The notes: generated by a model from the sequence alone, not told the origin. Positions 8,901-16,860 are shown, counted from the stretch's first letter. The stretch: 50,251 bases of DNA from an uncultured Spartobacteria bacterium (GCA_903916085.1 CAIWVL010000043.1:1-50251), one strand, 5' to 3'. Numbers and translations: made by a program.

Positions 8901-11900
8901 CCTTGGAGATGCTTGAGGTCATCGCCACTTTGCTGCCCGTGACTTGGGTGGGTGCCGAAAAATTCACCCCATTGGGCACTTGCGAAGTGTTGTCAGTTGC
9001 GTCCGCAAAGGTGAGAGGCGTGCTGGAACCGCTGGGAATGAAGCTCCACTTGTAATCGGAAGGATAATCTGACGCATCGATTTCGGCAGATAAAGTGAGG
9101 CTGGTGTCATCGTTGAAAGAAGCGTTTGGCTTCTTGTCCAAGACATAGGGCACCAAGAGTGCATTGGCTGGATTGGTCGCCTGCACGGTGTCAGTCGGAC
9201 CGAACGGGGTTAGGGACACATACGGATCTGTCTGTACGCGCAGGTTGATCGCCCAACTTTGCAACGAAGTTCCGACGCCATTGGCGACCGACGCAAAATA
9301 ATAGCCCTTCGAGCTCCCTGAGGTCGTCAGAGTGAAGATGGTGCCAGTCTGGCCGGTAGAAACAGCTGTCCCACCGAGAGTGGATTTGCGCATCCAGGTC
9401 ACTACAGGATCGGGGAAGCCTTGAAGGGCACCATCCGGAAGCGTCAGAGTAATGGTATCACCTGCAACGACAGACAGAGATCCCTGCACATTCTGGGTGT
9501 AATCCAAAGCATTGGTGTAGGTACCGCCGGTCGCGTTTAGGAAGGGGTCGAGAAGTACGGCGGGCGACTGCACAGTGAAAGCTAATCCATCGGCGACGTC
9601 CGTGAAATCGGGCAGCACAGTACTTAACGGGGTGAGACTGCCAAAGGCATAAGCGACCACCTTAAACCGGAGACTGGGCGGTCCGACCAGACCGGCCTGC
9701 AAGTTGGTGAGCGTGAGCTTCGAGGTTGCGGCACCCGTAGCCGAGGCCTGAAGCCCTAGCAACTGCGGCACTCCCGGCTGGAGTGAAACCGCCTTACCGC
9801 TGGGATCGAGAGCGACCCAATCGTAGGTGCCGTCATCGTTGGCCACGTCCTCCGCAACCCACCACTGATAAGACACCTGATCCGCAGGGAAAATGTCTGC
9901 GGAAAGGGACACGGAGCTTCCCTGAAGCGGCCAATGCGCGGAGTCCAGGATTTCCACCCCGGCTGAGTCATAAAGATGATATCCAGGGGCCTTGAACTTG
10001 GGGGTATCTTTCGTATCTACGTAAACACTTGCTGGTGGGGTTTCCCGGAATACATCAAATGTATTGGTCACTTTAAGAGTGTACGCACCGGCATCGGCGT
10101 ACTGGAGTCCCGTGACGAGGAGAGTGTCGGTATCTGCCCCAGTGACGGTGCTCGTATAGGCATTCAGCTGTCCATTAGAAATGGGCATCGCATTTCGCCA
10201 CCACTGATAAGTGTATTCTGGGCGCTCAGCGTAGTCGCGATTTCCTCCGACGCGCACCACACCTGCGAAGGTGGAGGAGATGCCCTTCCCTAAAGTGGTG
10301 GATGAGTCTGAGATTTTTACCTTTCGGATGACATGATTAGCGCTATCGGCAACGAATACGCTGCCCATCGGTTCTGCGCTAGGGTTAGTCGCGTCGAAGG
10401 CGAGGCCGCCTGGCCAGTAGAAGGACGCGGCAGAACCGAGCCCTGTTCCATCCGTGGACCCCTGCGGCCCGTAACTGCCTGTGCCCGCCACTGAATCCAC
10501 GGTCCAGTTGGGCTTGCCGCCCACGTAGGGGTTATCCACTTCATTCCCGGCCGCATCTACAGAGAGCGGAAGGATGATGCGCCGAATGGAGTGACTTCCC
10601 CATTCTGAAAAATAAAGGATGCGCCGAGCGCTATCGAGTGCGAGCCCTTCCGGCCAGGCCAGACGTGCGTCAGTGCCAATTCCATCGACGGTGGCCCGGC
10701 TACCTACAAAGCCTGCGATGGTGCGAGCCGTCCATGCACCACTCGATTTACTGAGCATTCGGATGACATGGTTAACGGTATCTGCGACGTAAATGGTTTC
10801 GTCATCATCCACAACGAGGCCACGAGGCGTGTAGAAATTGGCTGCGGTCGCATCCACCGTCACCCCTTGCCAGCCTGGGATTTTGTCATTCCCTGCAACC
10901 AACTCCATTTGACCAAAGGTGAGGGTGGTCGTGGAGGGCACCAGTGGGCCGGAGAGCGTCACCGCGGTCCCAGACACGCTCAAAACGCTCAGGGTGCCAG
11001 ATCCCAACACGTCGCAGTTTACCTTCATGCCAGGCAAAACCGTGACGCCAATCGGGACCGTGACGATCGAGGAAGAGGCACCCGCTGCGGAAATTGTGCC
11101 GGTGGTCTGCACGAGTTGCTGCAACCCGTACGTGGCGACATTGGTGGTCTGTCCAGGAGTTGCCCCAGGGAACACGGGAATCGCGGCAAATAGATTAGAG
11201 GCGCCCGAGCCCGTCGCAGTGCCATTAATGACAATGCTAGAGCCTGAGGTGCCAGAGTTGATCGCGTTAATTTTGGTCCCTGCATTCAGGAAGTTTCCGG
11301 TAAGGGTCATCCCTACGGATAAGCCGGTAGCACCACCGCTGAGAGTGATCGTGTTGGTTCCGGCTGTTAAGATACCCTGCACGAGCGTCCCCGTGGATGC
11401 TTTGCTTGTGCTATTAAAGGCGCTCGTGGGATTCAGAGGCGGCGTATTTTTACTCAGCGTAAGAGTGTTACCTGTGATGGCAGTCACAGTCGTCCCCTGC
11501 ATGACGCCCTCTCCGAAAACGGACATTCCCAGAGACATACCCACCGTTCCCCCCGCTACAAACAGTTTACCATTTTGCGTTTGATCGAGAGTACCGACGG
11601 CCGATACGGACTTGGAGAACGTCAAGTTAAGCGAGGTCGGCACTGCCTTGGACAACGTCACTGTCCCAGTGTCTGTGTCTACGGCGGAAACAGTGGTGCC
11701 AGAAGCGATGCCGTTCCCTCGCACGCTCATCCCAGGACTGAGCCGGGCGGCAGCATCCGTGGAAGACACGGTGACGGCACTGGTCCCAGCTACCAGCGTA
11801 CCCGTGTCTGTCACCACTGAACCGAAGGTGACAACGCCTGTGAGCGCCTGCTTGGAGAGTGTTACCGATCCGCCGGAAATCGCGGTCACCGTCGTTCCTG

Positions 11901-14661
11901 TGGAAATGCCCTCACCTGTGACAGTCATGCCAGTGGTGATGCCGGAAGTGCCCGTGGACACTGGAAGGGCGATGACATACTGACCGGTGGCTGAAGCTAG
12001 ATTCACGGCAGGCTTCGTCGTGGCACTACGGAACGTCAGCTTTGTGGAGGCCAGCACCTTGTTTGAAAGCGTCACGGTTTTCAGTGTGCCGCCGGTGACG
12101 GTGGACACGGTCGTACCGGCGGGAACTTGAAAGCCGACTCCGGCGACCGTCATTCCAGATTGAATGTTGGACGTACCCGCTGCAAGCGCTGCCAAGGAGA
12201 TCTGTGCGGTGCCCGCCGTAAGCGTGACGGGACCACGCTGAAACGTGGCGCTGAAGGTCAGTCGCGAAACGGCTGGGATTGCGGTTGAGATGGTGATTGT
12301 GGCACCACTGACGGCGGTGACTTTGGTGCCGCTCGCGATTCCTTCACCACTGACCCTCATGCCTTTGTAGATGTTCGGCGCGACAAGAGATGAAACGGAA
12401 AGCGTCTTCGAGTTGCGAGTCAGCGTCACTGTCGTGGGCGTAACCACGGTGGACGAGAAGGTCAGCGCACTGGTCCCAGATAGGGAGGCTGGCGACGACA
12501 ATACGAGCGTATTTCCCGTGACCTTAAGAATCGTGATGGTTCCAGAGATCCCGACTCCGGTCACAGTCATTCCAGGGTAAATGTAGTCGGAATAAACGGG
12601 AGAAACCGTCACCAACTGAGAGCCATTTTCAAGCTTTGCCGTGGGGTCCGTGATAGATTGGCTAAAGGTCAAAATTGAAGCACTCGGCAGAGCCGGAGAC
12701 AGAGTCACGGTCGCTCCCCCAGTGAGCACGCGCACGTTAGTCACGGTCGTGTTTGAGGCCAGACCTTCACCGGTCACGTTCATGCCTACGAAAAGCTTAT
12801 TGCCGGTCCCTGCTGACACTGAGACGAGCGCAGTACCGCTCGCCAAGGCGACAGAGCTCTCTGAAACGGTTTGTCCGAAGGTCAGAGAACCGGACGCAGG
12901 AATGGTAGGCGAAAGAGTGACAGTCCCGCCCGTGGCTGTTCCGCCGGTGATTCCAGTCACGGTTGTCCCTGTGGCCAACCAGTCGCCGGACACAGTAAAT
13001 CCGGTGCCAATCTTTGAAAAATTGGACCCTGATACGGCCACGGTTGAGGTCCCGGCTGTGAGGGTACCCAAGGTCTGGACGGCTGTCTGCGAGAACGTTA
13101 AGTCCACTGAACCGGGCACTGGCTTAGAGATGGTCACTGTGCCGCCGACAATCTGGGTCACAACTGTTCCGGGGGAGATCCCATCGCCATCCACCCGCAT
13201 CCCCGGCGCGATCAGGGTGCCCGTTGTCAGAGCGTTGACGTTTACCGTATAGGTACCCGCAGTGAGACTCACCGGAGATTCCTTGATCTCCGTAAGCAAA
13301 TCTCCGTTCAAACCTATGTTGATTTTTTTGATCGTGTAATCGTCCGAATCCACCACGAAAAGCCCGGGGGCTGCGCTCGACACCGCACTCTGATCCAGGG
13401 TGCCGCGAAAGAAAACGCCACGGGGCGACTTCAAGTCAGAGAAGGTGGGGGCAAAGGAAGAGGCCGCCAATGAAGGCAACGGACCGGCGGCAGGCCCACC
13501 GAAGAGGGTGGTCACCGTTGTCGTGCCGGAGGTGATTAAGACCTTGCGAATGGCGTTATTTCCGGTATCCGCGACGTACACCAGTGTTTTATCTAAGAGA
13601 GTGCCAAAATTAGCGGCGGCGAGACCCTCTGGACTGTTAAAAAGCGGCTCGGTGTTGAGCGGGCTTGAAAGATTATCTGAGGAATACGCGCCGGTACGAT
13701 AGCCCGACCCCGGGGTCTGATTGGAAGAGCCGTCCGTAAAGCCGCTGACTGCGTAGCGCTCATAGCCAATGCGCATGTACGCTCCCTTCGCGGAGTTCCA
13801 GTATTGTCGATAGATTTGACTATCTCCATCGATACCCGCCACGGTGGTCATGTGGCCGCCTGGACTGATTTTCCGAATAGAATGGTTCAGGGTGTCTGCG
13901 ACGTACACATAACCTTTGCTGTCTAACGCGACCCCAAAAGGGTTGCGCATGAGACCCAAAACATCATTTTTGGGGTCAGCCCAGAGCTGCATGGATGCTC
14001 CCGTAGACTTGGACTGGGACTGAGGGGGCTTTGAAATGGTCAACGACTCATCGAGCGTGCTCGGGATCTGATTGATCTCAAAAGTATCTGTGTATGTGTA
14101 ATTCGAGCCCGTGCCAATTTTCGCATAATAGATACCAGAGATGTCACTCGAACCGTCGAGGGAAAGCATTGAGGCGAAGACCAGCGGCTTTGCACTTTGC
14201 GTCGGGTCTTTAGAGAGATCGGTGTAATAACCGTACTTCCCCGTACTCACGTCGATTGCCAGGGGATCATAAACCACCGGATAAGTGATCGTTTGCCCAG
14301 CCACTGTGGCAGTGACGATCAGTGAAACCACCTTGCCCGGAACCGCTGCGGTCGAAGTCGGTGCAGCAGGATCAACCGTCTGGCGCTCTAGCAGAATGCC
14401 GTTTTTGTACCAAATCACATCGGCCCCAACATTAGCAGGCACATTAGGAATGGAAAATACCACCGTGGGCTGTACCAACCCCGTAATGGAACTCCGCAAA
14501 AAGAACGAGTTAGGCTGCGAATAAATGTTCTCTCGCGGCATGTATTCCGCCGCTCGGGCGACCGGCGCGCCGAGGCCACCAAACACAACGCAGGCGAGCA
14601 GCAGGGACAGCAGCGACGCGAGGAGACGCAGATGTTTTCCGGGGGGATTCGGAGAGGTCAT
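5935..14661 (-). CDS. giant secreted NHL-repeat / Ig-like / novel-repeat surface protein (2,908 aa)
   Basis: The single uninterrupted ORF in the track is 5935-14742 with a GTG start. I prefer ATG 14659-14661: it is followed by KHLRLLASLLSLLLACVVFGGLGAPVARA|AE (signal peptide), and the htpG terminator hairpin sits at 14750-14781. NHL signatures: YVADTLNHSIRKI, YVADTGNNAIRKV, VVDSDDYTIKKI, YVADTVNHVIRML, FSEWGSHSIRRI, FVADSANHVIRKV. I-set-like Ig signatures: YQWWRN...GAYTLKVTN, YTFQWKKDG...GSYTVVVTG. Confidence 0.9.
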   Translation of the reverse strand: MTSPNPPGKHLRLLASLLSLLLACVVFGGLGAPVARAAEYMPRENIYSQPNSFFLRSSITGLVQPTVVFSIPNVPANVGADVIWYKNGILLERQTVDPAAPTSTAAVPGKVVSLIVTATVAGQTITYPVVYDPLAIDVSTGKYGYYTDLSKDPTQSAKPLVFASMLSLDGSSDISGIYYAKIGTGSNYTYTDTFEINQIPSTLDESLTISKPPQSQSKSTGASMQLWADPKNDVLGLMRNPFGVALDSKGYVYVADTLNHSIRKISPGGHMTTVAGIDGDSQIYRQYWNSAKGAYMRIGYERYAVSGFTDGSSNQTPGSGYRTGAYSSDNLSSPLNTEPLFNSPEGLAAANFGTLLDKTLVYVADTGNNAIRKVLITSGTTTVTTLFGGPAAGPLPSLAASSFAPTFSDLKSPRGVFFRGTLDQSAVSSAAPGLFVVDSDDYTIKKINIGLNGDLLTEIKESPVSLTAGTYTVNVNALTTGTLIAPGMRVDGDGISPGTVVTQIVGGTVTISKPVPGSVDLTFSQTAVQTLGTLTAGTSTVAVSGSNFSKIGTGFTVSGDWLATGTTVTGITGGTATGGTVTLSPTIPASGSLTFGQTVSESSVALASGTALVSVSAGTGNKLFVGMNVTGEGLASNTTVTNVRVLTGGATVTLSPALPSASILTFSQSITDPTAKLENGSQLVTVSPVYSDYIYPGMTVTGVGISGTITILKVTGNTLVLSSPASLSGTSALTFSSTVVTPTTVTLTRNSKTLSVSSLVAPNIYKGMRVSGEGIASGTKVTAVSGATITISTAIPAVSRLTFSATFQRGPVTLTAGTAQISLAALAAGTSNIQSGMTVAGVGFQVPAGTTVSTVTGGTLKTVTLSNKVLASTKLTFRSATTKPAVNLASATGQYVIALPVSTGTSGITTGMTVTGEGISTGTTVTAISGGSVTLSKQALTGVVTFGSVVTDTGTLVAGTSAVTVSSTDAAARLSPGMSVRGNGIASGTTVSAVDTDTGTVTLSKAVPTSLNLTFSKSVSAVGTLDQTQNGKLFVAGGTVGMSLGMSVFGEGVMQGTTVTAITGNTLTLSKNTPPLNPTSAFNSTSKASTGTLVQGILTAGTNTITLSGGATGLSVGMTLTGNFLNAGTKINAINSGTSGSSIVINGTATGSGASNLFAAIPVFPGATPGQTTNVATYGLQQLVQTTGTISAAGASSSIVTVPIGVTVLPGMKVNCDVLGSGTLSVLSVSGTAVTLSGPLVPSTTTLTFGQMELVAGNDKIPGWQGVTVDATAANFYTPRGLVVDDDETIYVADTVNHVIRMLSKSSGAWTARTIAGFVGSRATVDGIGTDARLAWPEGLALDSARRILYFSEWGSHSIRRIILPLSVDAAGNEVDNPYVGGKPNWTVDSVAGTGSYGPQGSTDGTGLGSAASFYWPGGLAFDATNPSAEPMGSVFVADSANHVIRKVKISDSSTTLGKGISSTFAGVVRVGGNRDYAERPEYTYQWWRNAMPISNGQLNAYTSTVTGADTDTLLVTGLQYADAGAYTLKVTNTFDVFRETPPASVYVDTKDTPKFKAPGYHLYDSAGVEILDSAHWPLQGSSVSLSADIFPADQVSYQWWVAEDVANDDGTYDWVALDPSGKAVSLQPGVPQLLGLQASATGAATSKLTLTNLQAGLVGPPSLRFKVVAYAFGSLTPLSTVLPDFTDVADGLAFTVQSPAVLLDPFLNATGGTYTNALDYTQNVQGSLSVVAGDTITLTLPDGALQGFPDPVVTWMRKSTLGGTAVSTGQTGTIFTLTTSGSSKGYYFASVANGVGTSLQSWAINLRVQTDPYVSLTPFGPTDTVQATNPANALLVPYVLDKKPNASFNDDTSLTLSAEIDASDYPSDYKWSFIPSGSSTPLTFADATDNTSQVPNGVNFSAPTQVTGSKVAMTSSISKATLQIPQISDDASGEYRLKVTVTAPGKTPATQICSWKVTVRYLPRLLSKSFKVNGIQLPGGATSSGPLDLSKSPSAQLSAQFKLFSTNTTFSYAWRKNLFPVTIDGVKHAVNVTPSTGKTGNKTIDLNLNEVASSDVGTYRLEVTNDLGTVILGAYSAGEIPASLVSSDLAGWGIAASGAPSISVQPSVKIVSASAIPSVSVAGTARANAGQQAAIQVVVSANPTPDYVWQYSKTTGATASWSSIDANVKTANAFNKSTGTLGSSICQLPILTADQSGYYRVTVTNKLGSVQSKEVQLTVDGALDPIVGASSLTTVAVGGRITLSALSSLTRTVFNASAYTFQWKKDGMPILGATDATYTLTSAKFGDSGSYTVVVTGSGVTKESAKLALSIVTASVYSTTTNTLWPLKFEDTDKLRSFSYAPRLAAVAAGTRVTLTGTPFTNEMVLRWSVKDSAGNVLAVLPSKNAGFIMPATAVTVTPYVGRSPAGIYSGLLSLDQPWDNTSVDTEWAWPSSAAQPDTSRLRGYIRCTITSLGSVSGQISLENKTYAFVSALDQNLKARFSISTTVSGLNIPWVITGTVALDPTDTNRIAGFTDNMVHVTLSDALLPNSLPAISAGQSLYSAAAGNNGSRQGVINDIVAAGASVPGMVGTDTSTGVLKYTAGVYREIAGVTDVKSFGQGGVLSVDVSSSQVATVLLKLPNGKSFTFSGYPGRPTTSDGGDTTKFAPGATSTLSMKAGESLCEALLRVTESASLPLWLGAGDSAGEPVLGALLLSGEVLDGCLGVLSKDTVNGLSLYTQNYVFGNQFDNTLTNAQRAAPFTNTASIQLATVSDTYAVDSNPIAKLTGLGTQYTYVAGNVLNNVKPPDVPSFSWTPDWNTGLLQGQFNEPTIRYVDALTAYSPKFAASKTALNCRYYSVIIQSNFPAAILPNSDAGGVGFMIRGTAAELYNTTLGSGDVEHATLSISTGVSIDTPRVEALLIKATEPY
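5938..7734 (-). other. C-terminal ~600-aa region of the giant protein, no family recognised
   Basis: The translation from ...VYSTTTNTLWPLKFEDTD... to ...EALLIKATEPY has no motif I can assign. It ends with no sorting signal I recognise (no PEP-CTERM, LPXTG or autotransporter barrel). Boundaries are approximate. Confidence 0.5.
7735..10290 (-). other. array of about seven Ig-like (I-set-type) domains
   Basis: Recurrent ~90-110-aa units each carry an early aromatic-x-W (YQWW, YQWW, VTWM, YKWS, YAWR, YVWQ, FQWK) and a late G-x-Y-x-[LV]-x-V-x-N/G strand (GAYTLKVTN, GYYFASVAN, GEYRLKVTV, GTYRLEVTN, GYYRVTVTN, GSYTVVVTG). Boundaries are approximate. Confidence 0.6.
10312..10836 (-). other. NHL blades 4-6
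   Basis: FYTPRGLVVDDDETIYVADTVNHVIRML; AWPEGLALDSARRILYFSEWGSHSIRRI; YWPGGLAFDATNP...VFVADSANHVIRKV. Confidence 0.65.
10909..13278 (-). repeat. 11 tandem ~66-95-aa coding repeats (unassigned family)
   Basis: Each unit has the form L-x-x-G-[ST]-x-x-[VI]-x-[VL] ... G-M-x-V-x-G-x-G-I-x-x-G-T-x-V-T-x-[IV]-x-G-x-T-[VI]-T-L-S ... L-T-F-[SG]. The cores, in order, are PGMRVDGDGI, GTGFTVSGDWL, VGMNVTGEGL, PGMTVTGVGI, KGMRVSGEGI, SGMTVAGVGF, TGMTVTGEGI, PGMSVRGNGI, LGMSVFGEGV, VGMTLTGNFL, PGMKVNCDVL. The array ends at ...TTLTFGQ (10909). Confidence 0.8.
13320..13950 (-). other. NHL blades 1-3
   Basis: MRNPFGVALDSKGYVYVADTLNHSIRKI; FNSPEGLAAANF...LVYVADTGNNAIRKV; LKSPRGVFFRG...LFVVDSDDYTIKKI. Confidence 0.6.
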
Positions 14662-14740
14662 AGACGCCCTGTCTTTAAGCAGGGTTTGTGCCGATTGGCA
14701 ATCAGGGGTTGCGATGGACGGGGACCCAGAAGGCAGGCGC

Positions 14741-14781
14741 ACACACGAAAACGCCCCGGTCGAGCTCTCAACCGGGGCGTT
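14741..14781 (-). terminator. intrinsic terminator downstream of htpG
   Basis: Perfect 10-bp stem AACGCCCCGG (14750-14759) / CCGGGGCGTT (14772-14781) with a 12-nt loop. On the - strand it is followed by UUCGUGUGU, giving a run of 4 U counting the stem end. It lies 35 nt after the htpG stop. Confidence 0.6.
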
Positions 14782-14815
14782 ATTTACATTCCCTTCACCA
14801 AGGGCCTACCAATCC

Positions 14816-16663
14816 TTAACTGTTTGTCGGCAACAATTTCTCTAACAAAAGATTCAACCGTCCCAAAACAGCCCTCGGATCCTCAATCAATCCTGCGGAT
14901 ACCATCGCATTTTCGAGAAGCTGCGTGGCCACCTGCTTGGCCAAGGGTTCATCCGTGTGCCTAAGACGCTCCAGGCCGGCTACGATGACATGGTCAGGGT
15001 TGATTTCAAACTCGGGCTTTTCCGCAAGACCGAGAGAGTCTTCCTTACCCATCATTTTCATCATGCGACGCATATTCGCATTCATGCCGCCACCGGCCTC
15101 ACGCACGGCAGCCGGGCTGCCCACGAGCCGTTCGCTGGCGCGCACCTCGGAAACCCGCTCACCGAAAGCCTCCTTGAGGAAGGTCACGAGACCAGAAACC
15201 TGGTCCTCCGAAAGACTCTTGGAACGGTCCTGAGGACGATCCAGCTTGATGTTGGCCTTGTTTGTGGCCACGAGATTCTTGCCTTCGAAGGAGTGGAGAT
15301 GCTCGAGGACAAACTCGTCGCGAGGGTCCTCCAAGAAGAGCACTTCCCAGCTTTTGGCGCGGAAGGCTTCAAAATCGGGGCTGGCCTCAGCGGCTTCGCG
15401 GTCAGGGGCGTGGAGGAAGTAGATTTCCTTTTGGTCCTCAGGCATCCGGGAGATGTAGTCGGCCAGGGAAGTGGTGGCCTCGCCTTCGGTGTAGGAACTC
15501 TTAAAGCGGAGCAGCTTGGCAATGGCCTCCTTGTGCGACCAATCGGTGGCAACGCCTTCCTTCAGACAATGACCGTGCTGCGCGAAGAACTTGGCGTACT
15601 TCGCGGTATCGGCCTTGGCCTCTTCCTCCAACCACTTGAGGACGCGTTTGGTGAGGACTTCGTTGATTTTGCGCAACAGTGCGCTGTCCTGCATGGTTTC
15701 GCGGGAGATGTTGAGCGGGAGATCTTCGCTATCGACCACGCCCTTCAAAAAGCGGAGCCAATCAGGGAATAGCCCCTTGGCCTTGGGCGTAATGAGGACT
15801 CGCTTGCAATAGAGATGCACCTCGCCCTCCTGACGGCTCATCGTGAGCAACTCAGTGTTGCGCTCGGGCACGAACAGGATCGCGCGGATCGATAGCGGCG
15901 CGTCAGCGTTGAAGTGCAGGCGATACTGCGGCGCATCCACGTCGTGTCCGATGTACTTGTAGAACTCGGTGTAATCGTCCTCGCTGATTTCGGAGCGGTT
16001 TTTCGTCCAGAGCGGCTGGATGGTGTTGACGGGCTTTTCGTTAAGCTCGATGGGAAAGGAGACGAAGTTGGAGTACTTCTTAATGACTTCCTCAATGCGG
16101 TAGCCGCTCGCGAACTCTTCGTCGCGCAGGTGTAGCACGATTTTGGTGCCTCGCTGGAGATCATCCGCGGGAGTCATTTCGTAGCCGGTCTTGCCATCGC
16201 TGGTCCAGACATAGCCCTGGGCATCGGGGCGATACGAGCGGGTGCTCACGGTGACCGTATCAGCTACCATGAATGCAGCATAGAAGCCCACGCCGAACTG
16301 CCCGATCAGCCGAGCATCACCCTGGCTCTGTTTGATTTGCTCAAGAAAGGCCTTGGAACCGGAGTGTGCGATAGTCCCGAGATTTTCGACCAACTCAGCC
16401 TGGGTCATCCCAATGCCAGTGTCGGTGATCGTGATGGTTTTGGCTTCTTCATCCGTGGTGACGGAAATCGTGAGGGGACGTTCGGGCTCAAAGAGATCGT
16501 TACCGGCGGTCTGCTGGAGGAACTGGAGTTTCTCATTAGCGTCCGCGGCGTTAGAGATGAGCTCCCGGACGAAAATTTCTTTCTCCGTGTAGAGCGAATG
16601 AATGACGATTTCAAGGAGTTGGGCAATTTCAGCCTGGAACTCGTGTTTTTCGGTCTTGGACAT
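14816..16663 (-). CDS. htpG: molecular chaperone HtpG (Hsp90)
   Basis: 615 aa. The N-terminus is the canonical Hsp90 ATPase signature: FQAEIAQLLEIVIHSLYTEKEIFVRELISNAADA, then GTIAHSGSKAF and GQFGVGFYAAFMVAD. The full-length match is typical of bacterial HtpG. Confidence 0.97.
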   Translation of the reverse strand: MSKTEKHEFQAEIAQLLEIVIHSLYTEKEIFVRELISNAADANEKLQFLQQTAGNDLFEPERPLTISVTTDEEAKTITITDTGIGMTQAELVENLGTIAHSGSKAFLEQIKQSQGDARLIGQFGVGFYAAFMVADTVTVSTRSYRPDAQGYVWTSDGKTGYEMTPADDLQRGTKIVLHLRDEEFASGYRIEEVIKKYSNFVSFPIELNEKPVNTIQPLWTKNRSEISEDDYTEFYKYIGHDVDAPQYRLHFNADAPLSIRAILFVPERNTELLTMSRQEGEVHLYCKRVLITPKAKGLFPDWLRFLKGVVDSEDLPLNISRETMQDSALLRKINEVLTKRVLKWLEEEAKADTAKYAKFFAQHGHCLKEGVATDWSHKEAIAKLLRFKSSYTEGEATTSLADYISRMPEDQKEIYFLHAPDREAAEASPDFEAFRAKSWEVLFLEDPRDEFVLEHLHSFEGKNLVATNKANIKLDRPQDRSKSLSEDQVSGLVTFLKEAFGERVSEVRASERLVGSPAAVREAGGGMNANMRRMMKMMGKEDSLGLAEKPEFEINPDHVIVAGLERLRHTDEPLAKQVATQLLENAMVSAGLIEDPRAVLGRLNLLLEKLLPTNS

Positions 16664-16756
16664 AGGGCGCGGAGTATAGCCTATGGGTGCTTCAGGGAAA
16701 AGGGGGGAATGGGTGAGCGTTTTCTGATTCAGTCACTACACGCATTAACCCATCCA

Positions 16757-16848
16757 GCGCCCCCCTCCTGCCCGAGTGCGATGGGGTGCTGGTGTCGTGT
16801 CCGGTGGTGTCGCTACGCTCAACCACCGGCTCCCCGCCGTGAACCCTT
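16757..16848 (+). repeat. composite intergenic repeat, copy A
   Basis: The parts are a GC hairpin (GCGCCCC 16757-16763 / GGGGTGC 16783-16789), a G/T-rich tract and a core CCGGTGGTGTCGCTACGCTCAACCACCGGC (16801-16830; GGTGG/CCACC pair), ending in GTGAACCC. It matches copies B and C (C on the opposite strand). Confidence 0.7.
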
Positions 16849-16860
16849 TGGAAGCTGAGA

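Noticed and set aside
10919-13252. + strand ORFs 10919-11584, 11612-11983, 12371-12580 and 12641-13252, antisense to the repeat array of the NHL/Ig gene.
   Set aside because: The explanation is the same: they are stop-poor antisense frames of repetitive GC-rich coding sequence, with V/P/T-rich low-complexity products.
14662-14742. N-terminal extension of the giant NHL/Ig ORF to the GTG at 14742.
   Set aside because: The extension (MRLPSGSPSIATPDCQSAQTLLKDRAS) precedes a perfectly good ATG plus signal peptide. It would also overlap the U-tract of the htpG terminator.
14957-15772. 271-aa + strand ORF inside htpG.
   Set aside because: It lies entirely antisense to an unambiguous full-length HtpG and has no recognisable motifs.
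14816-16663. Possible functional link between htpG and the two giant secreted-protein genes flanking it on the same strand.
   Set aside because: Terminator-like structures separate the three genes. HtpG is a cytosolic housekeeping chaperone, and I have no sequence evidence for co-regulation.
16673-16678. TATACT (- strand) as a -10 box for htpG. I also looked for a sigma32-type CTTGAA/CCCCAT promoter.
   Set aside because: The hexamer sits only ~10 nt from the ATG, with no credible -35. No correctly spaced sigma32-like pair was found.
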